Below are positions 25,680 through 37,368 of a stretch of DNA of 64,000 nucleotides, piece by piece. Within the stretch, counting starts at the first letter, position 1. Each line of letters opens with the position of its first letter. The position numbers and the translations under genes were made by a program. The stretch comes from Neolecta irregularis DAH-3 (Eukaryota), in contig LXFE01004217.1 of assembly GCA_001929475.1 (NCBI GenBank), forward strand, positions 1-64,000, read 5' to 3'. Under the pieces are notes generated by a model. That model did not search any database, was not told where the DNA came from, and saw only the letters and a list, made by a program, of their open reading frames with translations.

Positions 25680-26365
25680 AGCTTGGCACCGTATTATCCC
25701 GATGGTATTTTTCTGGGCGAATCCGAAACGACTTTAAAGTTTGGATAATGACATTACTCCCTTACAATGGTTTGCTGTTGCTCATGATAGTCTGTTTCTT
25801 ACGTCACAATCATATGAAATGGTTTTTTTGAACCATTTGATTGTGGGATGGTTGCACGAGTTTCGTGACGTTTCCATTAACACAAGAAGCAAACGAACTA
25901 ACCCCTAAACACAACTACGTACGGAGATTGATGTATTTACTTTGAGAGGCGGCGCCACCCTATGAGAGTACAAGTTACGGTTCCCTTTCAAGAATAACGC
26001 GTGATTGTCTCAGATCCAGGGGGCTGGGCCTGACATGTAAGGAATTGACTGATGATAAGCTGTATTACCTGCGGCATTGGTGGTTGTCCGATAGAGCAAG
26101 GAGCAAAAAAGACCTTTCAAGATAAGATTATTATATATTCGCCTAACTTGCATATTATCTCGGCTATGTTTTCGTGGTTTCTGATTCATAAAGAGAATCA
26201 ACAACAACCATAACATATGATTGTAGATATTTAGAGGACAAATTTTGGAATGGGGACGGTTGGGGTGCCTGGTGGTGTCTCGTCTTGCAGTTGTCTCTCC
26301 TTGCCAAAAAAAACGGGGCACTGTTGAGAAATAGCAGCCACCTGAGACAAGGTGGTTATTTTGAA
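25680..26365 (+). ncRNA. Candidate long structured ncRNA, putative telomerase RNA
   Basis: Template-like CTAACCCCTAA (25898-25908) just 3' of a stem, a possible pseudoknot at 25932-25991, several long hairpins, 5'/3' complementarity and Sm-like sites. No credible CDS. Boundaries approximate. Confidence 0.42.
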
Positions 26366-26454
26366 AAAGGCTGCTTTTCCACTGGCTACACCTCCAAGCC
26401 GCCACTACACCCTTCTCTTGATCTGCACTTTCAACGCTCGTTCCACCCTCTCCA

Positions 26455-27482
26455 ATGGTTTTCTGGAGAGCCATACTCTGCCCTATTAATATTATGCTTT
26501 GGCGTATGTCTGTAGCGTCGGCTCAGACACTGCAGGGCTGCTACAAGGATGACGGCAGTCTCAAGCTCGCCAATACGTATATTTACCAGAGTTCCGGCTA
26601 TTGCCTCAAGAAATGTACCGATCTCAACTCACCTGTTATGGGCACCGAAGGGGGGTCCTCCTGTTTCTGTGGCAACACCATTCCTGCTGAAAAAGTCGAT
26701 GATTCTCTCTGTTCCACGAGCTGTACTGGTTACCCCCAAGAATCCTGTATGTTCCTATAGATTCCTCACGCTAATGTCGCTATAGGTGGTGGCGATGGTT
26801 ATCTCTCAGTTTATTTGACTGGTACTGGCGGCAAATATTCTACAGCCACAAGCTCTACAAAGAATTCTTCCACTGTTGAAACCGCGGTAGATGTTTCTGA
26901 TTATATGACAACTGATATTTCAGGGCGATCCTGTTTCATCTGCTGTCGTAGTAGGAGGTAGGTGTACTGGTGCAACTTGGTTAACGGCTCTAGATCACAC
27001 CATTATCATTGTGGCAACTCCAGGGGCCCAAAAACCTGAAACCTCCAACACCAGCTCTAGCTCAAGCTCGGGTCGAAACTCGTCAAATTTGTCTTCAAGT
27101 CAACCACAAAAAGGTAGCTCATTGTCGCCTGCCGCTGCCGCTGGTACGGCAATCGGTCTGATTTTGGTCCTTGTGGCGATTGGAGCGTTGGTCTTATTTA
27201 TTCGTATGCGAAGCCGGAAAGAAGACTATATACGTCAAGATCGAACACCCTCCACAAGCTCAATGATGGCTCTCAGTCGTTCATCGCCGAACGCGAGTGG
27301 AAAAGATTCCAGTGTCGACCAGAGATTAGAGCCTGTGATGATGCAGCGTAGAGTAAGCGAAGGCAGCCTGGCAGATGAACAAGATTATTCAAGGAAAATT
27401 CTACGAGTATGCGTCCCTTGATTACCAAGCTGCGAATTAGGGCTAACTTTAATATCAGGTGACTAATCCTGATGATTGTTAA
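26455..27482 (+). CDS. wsc1: WSC-domain cell-wall integrity sensor
   Basis: Signal peptide, Cys-rich WSC domain, Ser/Thr region, a single TM, and cytoplasmic DQRL...SLADEQDYSRKILRVTNPD. Confidence 0.88.
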
Positions 27483-27679
27483 AGTTAAATACAGATGGAA
27501 ATGGGCTCTCACTCGACATTTCTCTTCCTTTCAAGCTACCATTACTCAGAGTCACGGGGGGATTTTTGAGCAAAATGTTAATGTTGGTTGTTTTATATTG
27601 CTGCTGATTGTTTATTTCGGTTCTTGCTTTAATTGGAGCGATTGAGGGTCTAGACATCTTATTTATTATACAGGCTTAT

Positions 27680-28481
27680 CTAAAATCTTCCTCGACTTCG
27701 TGGAGCTCCTCTTCCACGAGGGGTACCACGGCCGCGAGAAAAACCGCCCTGAAAGCCGCCTCTAGAGCCTCCTCTAGAATTTCCAAAGCCTCGAGAAGAT
27801 CCACCTCGAACTAACCAGTTACAGAAGAGCAGAAAGGATGTATACCTCCACGAGAACTTCCACCTCTGCCACTGCCTCTAGAACTGCCTCTACTCGGTTT
27901 CTTCACACCTGATGATTAAATATGATAACTAAAGAGAATACCCCCAGGTGGCGTTGGTTTTGGTAGAAAACGCTACAGTCAGCAATATTGTAAGCTAATG
28001 ATTATACATCAAGCGGAAGTAATTTATCTGGCCCAATATAAACTTTGTCTCCAGCATGAAAGGATGCAGCAACGATCCCGTCTTGAGGTTTAACCGTGAA
28101 ATAAACTTGATTCATGGGTCCCAGAATCTCGTCGACTTTACCAATAGGTGACTACTGGGTTCAGCGATAGTATGGTATTTTGGAACCACACTTTATTCTC
28201 GAGATAGATAGGAGCATTGAAGTATGGAATTTTCGAATTTGTTGACGTATAGACCATTTCTCCTTCACAAGCATGGAGAAAAGTTCCCATCTCTATTTCA
28301 AGCATCCGTCAGCGCCCAAATCCATGATACGAAGCAATTCTGTACCGGTGACTGTATCTGGAGGCCCAAAAGACTGTTGTGAGAAGCCGCCGCGAAACCC
28401 ACCTGAAGATCAGTCTTTGGGCGACAGACAAATCCAGAAACCTCTGTTGCCTCGGAAGCCACCGCGTTCGCCTCTGCTCAT
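27680..28481 (-). CDS. GAR1: H/ACA snoRNP protein Gar1
   Basis: RGG repeats at both ends and core GPPDTV...[11 protein letters not shown]...[13 protein letters not shown]...GKVDEILGP. Confidence 0.93.
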
Positions 28482-28583
28482 ACTTTATGATGTATGATAT
28501 AGGAGTAGTTTTGATGGTGTTGAACAACAAAAGTTCAAAACTTTTATGGTGGAGTTTTTCTTCACTGCGTCGCGTCGGCTTGA

Positions 28584-31197
28584 ATGCTGACATCTTCACG
28601 CCGCTTGCTGCTGAAGAATTACCGTTACCCTCGATTCTCTCATAAACAAACCACCGTCGTTCCAACAGCTGTTCGCATGGATAAAATCATCGATTATGTC
28701 AAAGATGTTACAATTGGAGAGAACCAAAAAAAACCCTCCAAGAATCAAGAGAAGGAAGGAATTCATACATCACCACCCATTGAAGTATTATTAAAGCAAG
28801 CTCTTGGATAATTATTGATCGGATAGCTCTTTCCACCACCGCCCTATTTTGCGGAGCGGGTTGCACTCTTTGACAAGTTGAAGAAAGAATATGACGAAGA
28901 GATTAAAAGTAAATTTCGTTGGTGTTCTTACTTGATCTTCTCAGATAAACCGCGGGTCGAGATAATGATCACTCTTCCTGACGGGGCTAGTAAAGTTGGC
29001 ACAACATGGGAAACGTCACCTATGGCGATTGCGAAAGATATATCAAAGACCCTTTCGGAATCGATCGTGATTGCTGAAGTTAATGGTGAACTGTGGGATC
29101 TTGAACGACCTTTGGAAAGATCTTGTTCGCTCAAGTTCTACAAGTTCGATGACCCCGAAGGTACAAACGTATTTTTCACATTCTAACGACATGATTAGGT
29201 AGACGGGTTTTCTGGCATTCAAGTGCCCATGTCCTCGGTGAAGCTGCCGAACGTCATTACGGATGCAATCTATGTATCGGCCCACCAATAGAGGAGGGTT
29301 TTTTCTACGAAATGGGACTTGAAGATCGGTATTCCAATTTCCTTAACATATTCTGAAGTACAAGAATGATTTCACACGCAGATTTCCCTGCTCTCGAAAC
29401 GATAGTTCAAAGTGTTGTCAAAGAAAAGCAGCCATTCGAGCGATTGGTACTCTCCAAGGAAAATCTTCTCAAGATGTTTGCATACAATAAGTACAAACAA
29501 TATATTATTAAAGACAAAATTCCTGATGGAACACATACTACAGTCTATCGCTGCGGGCCGTTAATTGACTTGTGTAAAGGTCCTCATGTCCCGCATACAG
29601 GTCGTATCAAGTCTTTTGCGGTCCTGAAGGTACGTCCGATGACTGTATTGTATTTTAAGCTTGAAGAATTCTGCTTCCTATTTTCTCGGAGACTCAAAAA
29701 ATGACAGCCTGCAACGGATATACGGTATCAGCTTTCCTGATAAGAAGCAAATGACGGAGTACAAAACGTTCCTCGCAGAGGCCGCCAAACGAGATCATAG
29801 AAAGATCGGCAAGGTTTGTATTGAATACGGGAAAAATCATCTCATGATGCAGGAACAAGAACTGTTCTTCTTCAACGAACTTAGTCCTGGAAGCTGTTTC
29901 TTCCTTCCTAATGGCACACGCATCTACAATGCACTCATGGACTTTATGCGAGAGGAGTATCGTAAACGAGGATTTCAAGAAGTCATCACGCCCAATATGT
30001 ACAATGCTAAGTTATGGGAACAATCTGGACATTGGCAGAAATATGCAGAAAACATGTTCGCTTTCACCGTGGAAAAAGAAATATTTGCCCTCAAACCTAT
30101 GAATTGTCCTGGCCATTGTCTGATGTTTAATTCAAGAGATCGAAGCTATCGTGAACTGCCCCTGAGATATGCAGATTTTGGAGTTCTGCATCGAAACGAG
30201 GCGTCTGGTGCATTGACTGGATTGACTCGAGTACGGCGGTTTCAGCAAGATGATGCGCACATATTCTGTACAGTTGACCAAGTATTTCATCGTATCAAGT
30301 TATGCTTACTAGCAAGGTACAAAGTGAAATCCTTGCCTGTTTCGATTTCTTGAAGCAAGTGTATGGCATTTTTGGCTTTACGTTCAAGCTGGAACTCTCC
30401 ACGAGGCCGGAAAATTTCCTTGGCAAAATTGAAACCTGGAACGAAGCTGAACGAGCTTTAGAGTCTGCCCTTCAAAGCTGGGGAGGTACATGGGAGTTGA
30501 ACCCCAGAGATGGTGCTTTCTATGGCCCCAAGGTATAACTTGATCATACAAGTCCTGAAATTAGATCGATATCACTGTTTCCGATGCATTAAAGAGGCAC
30601 CACCAATGTGCTACTTTACAGCTTGACTTTCAGCTCCCGGAGCGCTTCAACCTAGAATACAGTGCCGGGGAAACTACTGAAGGTGCGGAGAAAGCTAGAC
30701 CTGTTATGATTCACCGAGCAATTCTTGGAAGTGTCGAACGCATGGTTGCCATTCTTACTGAACATTACGCAGGAAAATGGTATAGTTATCACCGCTTGTG
30801 ATACTAACTTGACAAGGCCGTTTTGGCTCTCTCCGCGCCAAGTGATGGTCGTGCCTGTCACTGGCGTTATCTTTGACTATGCACAACAGGTTCATGATCG
30901 GTTACACGCCGCTGGGATCTATGTCGACGTTGATCTTTCTGGTAGCACGTTGAACAAGAAGATTCGCAACGCGCAAGTTGCACAGTATAATTTCATTATG
31001 GGTATGCCAACGCTGGGGCCTGTCTGATTCGACGTATAGTTGTTGGACAGGAAGAACAGGACAGCAGGAGTGTCAACATGCGTAACCGAGACGACGAGAC
31101 GCAGCAGAAGAAAGGCCAAGTAAGACAGCTGGACGAGGTGATTGAGAAGCTCGTTGCTCTCCAAACCTCGCGCTTGTTAGCAAATGCCATATACTAG
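28584..31197 (+). CDS. THS1: Threonyl-tRNA synthetase (cytosolic start 28677; upstream in-frame start 28584)
   Basis: TGS domain, [46 protein letters not shown] and WLSPRQ. Confidence 0.96.
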
Positions 31198-31300
31198 ATT
31201 GTATTAGTCGTGACAAATCTCCCCAGTTCCCTGTCTGACGTCATTGCAAAACGCCATTTTTCTATATAGCCGCTCTTGGCTGCTTCGCCCATCCCCCCTC

Positions 31301-33624
31301 ATGTCTGATGCTGACGCCCACGTCGCATCCGCAGAGTCGCCTGTATCAGCAAAGCCAGAGACGTATGCTATTGTCCCGCGAGCGTCTGGCCTCAGCCGCA
31401 AATTTTCCCTCGCCCGTCCAGGAGGCAAACGCAGCCGCAACACATCAACAGCTTTGCCAGAACCCTTGAGTTCGCCATTAGCCTCGCCGGTTCCTACAGG
31501 CATATAGTCGCCAGCGGTCTCATCATTGATGTGGTAGATGTAAACCCCACCGAATGTCTGGTTCGTCGTTTCTCTACTTGGAGAGCAGTTATCAAAGATT
31601 TATTACTTCCCTACTTTAAGGCAGCCATTACACTGGAGGAGAACCGTTATAGAGACTTAATAAAGCTCTCAGACTCGATCCATCTTCCATTCAAAGAAGA
31701 GCACATGTTTCTGGAAGCCGGTAAGGGCGGCATCATCGACATTGCAAGTTCTCTCAAAATCAAAAACCATGAACTTGCTCAGGACAGTCTTGTTATTCAA
31801 GAAGAGATTCGTAACAAAGTTATCGCTGCCCTCGAAATACTTCGAAAGGAGCTGGGGCACAAAGTAAGAGAAATTAAAAGACTCTCCAATGACTTTCGAT
31901 CGGATTTGGTCAAGGTGCCCCTTCCTACTTTTCGCTGGCTAATATTTAAAGGAATCACAGGTAACACAAAAACTTCTAACCCAACTATCCGAATCTCTCA
32001 CAGTTTGGGCGACGGCCCCTAATCAAATTACTGCCAGGCAGGATCCCTATTTATGTCATTTAGAGGTTTCCCGTCAGCTCAAGAGACAGGTTCTAAACCT
32101 CTTGCACTAATTCCTAATTTCAAAGATTGACGAGGAGAACTATCTTCATCGGGCTTTCCTAAATCTCGAAAAGAGCGGAAGGGCCCTCGAAGAAGTTGTT
32201 GTCACAACTATCCAGCAAACCTTCATTACCTATCGAAGTATAAATGAGGAATATGGAACCATTCCCCATCGGTTTCTCTCAAGTTTGATGGATCAGATGG
32301 CTTATTTGACTACGGATATTGAATGGGAAAATTTCCTTAATAATGTATGACATTGTTCGACGATCGGGACTGAGATTTAGTCCGAATCGGATCTTATCCA
32401 CCCTGATGTCAAAATTCGTTCTGTCGAAGATCTGGATTACATCGGAAAGGACAGCCTAGGCATCAGAAGCCTACGAAGCGGAGCACTTGAACGAAAGACA
32501 AAATATCTGAGAAGCTGGTCGAATGGATCCTATGTTTTGACGGCCACCGGGTTTCTCCACGAGTTCAAGAAAGAAACTCTAGATTATACCCCTGTCATGT
32601 CTTTTTTCATTCCTGATTGTACTCTTGGAAAACATACGGAGCCCAATCAGAAGGATCAATCCCATAAATTCGTGCTCAATGGCTCTAAAACTGGAGGATT
32701 ACATCGGTATTGTCCTTGGTAATGCATATGATGTGACGACATAGAGGACATTCCTGGATATTCCGAGCAGAGAATCATGATCAGATGATTGGATGGTATC
32801 AGGCGCTATTCAGAGTAAGTCGATTCTCGAGTTTAGCTCCCGCTGCTCGACAGAGTTTGATTTCATGTTTCAACAGTCCTAGCGAAGCTCACTACTTCGT
32901 GATACTCCAAAAACCTTCACTAGATTCCTCCAACGATTTCGAAGAGACCGACGAAGCCGATGCAATTCCTTTTGCTTCTACTGGACACTTTATAGAACAT
33001 CTTGAAGAACCGCCTCGGCTTGCCGGTGGATCATTTGCGAACTTGGATAAAGTCTCCCATCCCAGTCGACGACAATCTATTTCTTCTCTTTCTTCGGCGA
33101 CATCTTCTCATCTCTGCAAAAACAAAGCTGCTCCTGCTTCTCAGCATGATTTAGTAGCACCAACAGACCATACTCACACAGCTCCTAATTCTCCACAGTC
33201 ACACATGAGCTCTCTCCAAGTTGTTGTGCCCCCGCCGGTACAAGTGCTTGATCAGACTTCTGAGGAGGAAAATGTCAAAGAACCTGCGCCTGCTGAGTCA
33301 ATCGACCTTGATTTAGTTGTCGAGGTTAGTTGATCTTGAAGCCACCTGATATTTTAGAATATTATGACTGGCGCTCCAATGGAAGAACCACAGGTAACCC
33401 GTAGGATTTCTGACGAACCGACTATTACCAACTTGGTTGAAACAGAACAATCAGTGGAAAACAAGGACGCAATTGATTCGGATCCTCTATCCTCGCTTAC
33501 AAGCTCTCCCACAAGTAATGATGTCGTCCGACCAACAACTATACGGTCGGACAGTGTGTTTCAAGAGATAAGTACGAGTCTTGTCGGAAGATATCCTCCA
33601 AATACTGAGTTAGGTGCTACGTAG
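31301..33624 (+). CDS. Slm1/Slm2-like BAR-PH domain protein
   Basis: NPTECLVRRFSTWR, DEENYLH, LERKTKYLRSW and ATGFLHEFK PH motifs, WIFRAE, then a disordered tail. Confidence 0.78.
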
Positions 33625-33794
33625 TGTTCATTAGGGATGATTTCAATAGCAGGCTGAAGTTGTAAATATAATAATTCGATCTCACAAACATCATATGACG
33701 GCTGTAGAGGTTCAGTCACGTTTTGATAGTGATATCTTAAATGAGGCGACTTCCTAAAGTCACCTCGAACATTACAAGTTATCTCTGTTAAATA

Positions 33795-36700
33795 ATGGGT
33801 GATTCGAATGCTGGCCAAATGAACTGACCGGTCCCAGATAAACGAGGCTTGCAGGATCGCCTGTATGAAAAACGGAAGGCTGCAGCTCTCGAATTAGAAA
33901 AGTTGTGCATATTGCCCTTTGGAAATCCCACTGATAATCAAAGAATCATTCGGGAACATGTTACAAATGATCAGACGATTGAAATACGCGAGATAATTTC
34001 CCAATTATGCCAGGACTTCGTTTATTCTGTCCATTCAAACGCCAGGAACGGAGGTGCATAATCCTTCTGTCGACTTGGATCAACCATTTTTCAGGGCTTA
34101 TTGGACTCGCGGCTTGCGGGATTGCATTGGGATCAGTGAATCCATCTATAGGACATATTTTGACCCTAGGATGTGGCGAAATATCTGGAAGATATCGTGC
34201 CGCCAGTCCTCTCTTGCTTTTCCGATCCGGACTCGAGAGTGCGCTATTACGCCTGCGAAAGCATGTACAATATTGCAAAAGTAGCAAAAGGAGAGATCCT
34301 TTTGTACTTTAATGAAGTGTTCGATGCACTCTGCAAAGTATCTTGCCAGTATTTCTCGATATTAATGCTAAAGTTATCTGCAGACTCTGAACTTTCTGTA
34401 AAAAACGGCGCAGAACTTCTCGATCGGCTGGTGAAAGATATTGTCTCTGAGAAGGCTGCTACCTATGTATCCAGTCTCTACGCCAACCCTCCTACAGCTA
34501 ATATACCTGAAAATTCTATTAACCCCACAAAGCCTATCTTAGTAGATAATTCTTATCCATCAGCCGCATTCTCGCTAGAGAGATTCGTTCCTCTTTTGTC
34601 GGAACGTGTCGGTGCTATAAATCCATTTACACGACAGTTTCTCGTTGCCTGGATTACTCTGTTAGATTCAATACCGGATCTTGAGCTCGTAACACATCTC
34701 CCAGCATTTCTTGACGGATTGTTCAAATTTCTTGCCGATACAAATATCGATGTGAAGAATAGTGTCCAAAATGCGCTCGATATGTTCCTTGGTGAAATTA
34801 AACACATTACTGAAACGAAAAGACTCCTCGAGAGTCGGAAAACTATTTTATCGGAGGTTGCAGAAGCTATGACATCGAATGAAACGAATACAGAAGACAA
34901 ATCGACACAAATGGATCCAACATCTTTGACTAATAATGAATCGGCGATTCGCGACGAAAAGTCAGATGATGTCGATGATATGGATGGAGAATGGATGCCC
35001 AGTCAAGATGTCCAGATCGATTATCCCCGTGTCATTGATATTCTATTGCCTCATCTGAACTCAGCAGGTATACAGTTTGTTCAAATCATTTACCAACGTT
35101 AGAAGTTCAAGACATCCAGCTGACTGCAATACGATGGATCGAAAGTTTTCTGAAAATATGTCCGGAAGATGTATTGCAATTCACTCCTAAAATTCTCACC
35201 CTTATTCTCCCTGCATTGTCGAACCAAGTCGATAACATCCGTCAAGCTGCAGAAGGTGTTAGCGAGGGATTAACTAACTTGATCCTTTTACTGAACGACG
35301 GAAGTCCTTTGAATTCGCCAATCGCACCTCCGACAGAAAAACGCAAGCTTCCTTCTGCTTCAAATTCGCCTACTCTCGGCCGTGATGGATTTATTCCAGC
35401 TCCGTCAAATACATCAGAGGGGAGCCACCTTTCCACAGATAAGCCTCCTACGAAAGATCCTTTTGATTACCCTGCCACTGTCAATGCCCTAACTTTACAA
35501 CTCTTAAATGAGAATGAAAGGACACGGGTTGCTGCACTAGACTGGTTGATTATGTTGCATAAGAAAGCGCCAAAAAAGGTTCCGTTGAGTTTATTCGGTA
35601 TTTTGTTGATTGTCAGATCCTTTCTCTCGATGATGGGACTTTCCCAGATTTACTTAAAACGCTTTCAGATTCCAGTGAGCAGGTGATATTGCGCATCAAG
35701 GCATTTGCTCACGAAAGGTGATTACTCGTGACCTACAATTGCTTGCTCAAGTCTCTTCACAAAGCGATGACAACTATTTTCAGTCTTTTATGGTTAACCT
35801 CTTGTTATTATTCAGAACCGATCGAAGGCTCCTGGAAACTCGGGGTAGCCTTATTATTCGTCAGTTAAGTGTCAGCTTGAATGGAGAAAAAATATATACC
35901 AGCCTGGCCGAAATACTGGAGAAGGAAGAGGTTATCGTCCGATGTTTCTCAATCTGATAAACAAGGACCTAGAATTTGCGAGCATCATGATTCAGAACAT
36001 CAATAACAATTTAATTACCGCTCCAGAACTCTCAGATCTTCGGAAACGTCTTAAAAATCTAGATTCTAAAGATGGCCAGGCCCTATTCGTCAGTCTTTAT
36101 AAGTCCTGGTGCCACAATTCAGTTAGTGTTTTCAGTCTCTTATTGCTTGCCCAGGCATATGAGCAAGCGTTCAGTCTTTTACAGATCTTGTGAAGAATCT
36201 TTGCATATAATGACTTATCTTCAAGCGCGGATCTTGAAATTACAGTGAACTTCTTGATAGGCATTGATCGACTTGTTCAGCTATTAGAGTCACCTATATT
36301 TACTTGTATTTATATTTTGATTATTCCATTCTGATGCTTTAGATCTCCGTCTGGTTCGTTCTGCTGCATTCATTTATCTAAATTTGAAGCAATTGCTTGA
36401 GCCGGAGAAGCATCCATATCTGTTCAAGTGTCTATACGGACTTTTGATGTTATTACCGCAGTCATCCGCTTTTGCGACTTTGCGGAACAGGTTTATTCAT
36501 ATCTACTTCTATGCTAAATTAAAGATTGAATTCAATCAGCTCTATGGGCTTTCTTCACTTGGTTCCACGATCGTGAGGCTATTGATACACCACAATGCTA
36601 AAGCTAGAACAACAATGGACAGAATTCGCCCAAAGGCACGAAGTGATGAGATCAAGTGGAACGAGTTACTCGATAGGTTCAGAGCAGTTCAGGCTAGACA

Positions 36701-36851
36701 TGAAAAAGCCCGAAGAGCTTCGAGCGGGCTCCCAGAACGATTGAGAATAGCAACATCGAAAATGGAGAAGAAAACCCCAAGGCATCTGTCGAAGGGTTTG
36801 ACAGTTGCGCCTACGGGCGAGAAGAAAGTGTCAGGAACGGGTGGAAGATAA
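33795..36851 (+). CDS. VAC14: Vac14, scaffold of the Fab1/Fig4 PI(3,5)P2 complex
   Basis: DRLYEKRKAAALELE, RVRYYACESMYNIAKV, LLETRGSLIIRQL and LYGLLMLLPQSSAF. Has a 4-nt first exon and an 11-nt microexon (36343-36353). Confidence 0.93.
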
Positions 36852-36971
36852 TTATTACACATTTGCTTTTTTTTTAATACCGAAAGGTCTTAGAAACCGG
36901 TAGAATATAATTGTTACAAAGTGGCTATCCTTAAACCAGGGTTGTACAGTGTACAATTCCACTCTACACAT

Positions 36972-37209
36972 TCAAAAAATGAAAGAATTCCTTGCCTTCA
37001 TACTCAACGACTTCCTCCAGTTGGTTTTCTTAGAAATGAGAACGCCATTGTGATATTCTCCTAAATGCAGTTCATCGGCCTAGGGCTCAATTGATAGAGA
37101 TCTTACGATTTTGGCACGACTTGGTTGATCTTCGCTTGACGTATTTTCGTTCGATCAGAAAAGTTTCGAATCGTCTTTTCAGCTTATTGCAAATGCCACC
37201 TCCAAACAT
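36972..37209 (-). CDS. Small basic spliced protein, 63 aa, uncharacterised
   Basis: Exons 37209-37107 and 37060-36972 around a 46-nt GTAAGA...TAG intron. Product MFGGGICNKLKRRFETFLIERKYVKRRSTKSCQNREYHNGVLISKKTNWRKSLSMKARNSFIF. Confidence 0.55.
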
Positions 37210-37368
37210 TGATCACCAGGAGAGAAAAGAGCGGAAAGCGTGCAAGGTGGAGAAATAGAGACAGGGGCTAACGATTGGGTTCGTCGAACTACGAAACAAG
37301 AATATACAAAAACCACGTGACATGACATATGCAATCCGGAAATAGGCGAAACTTTGTATCATAAACGA

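Noticed and set aside
25680-26365. Alternative identity as U1/U2/U4/U5/U3, RNase P/MRP or SRP RNA
   Set aside because: I could not find their diagnostic conserved motifs by eye on either strand.
26010-26474. 154-aa minus-strand ORF upstream of wsc1
   Set aside because: Non-ATG start, no recognisable motif, and it overlaps the wsc1 start; likely spurious.
27680-27900. Repetitive GCCTCTAGA-like sequence
   Set aside because: Encodes the normal RGG tail of Gar1; not an array or mobile element.
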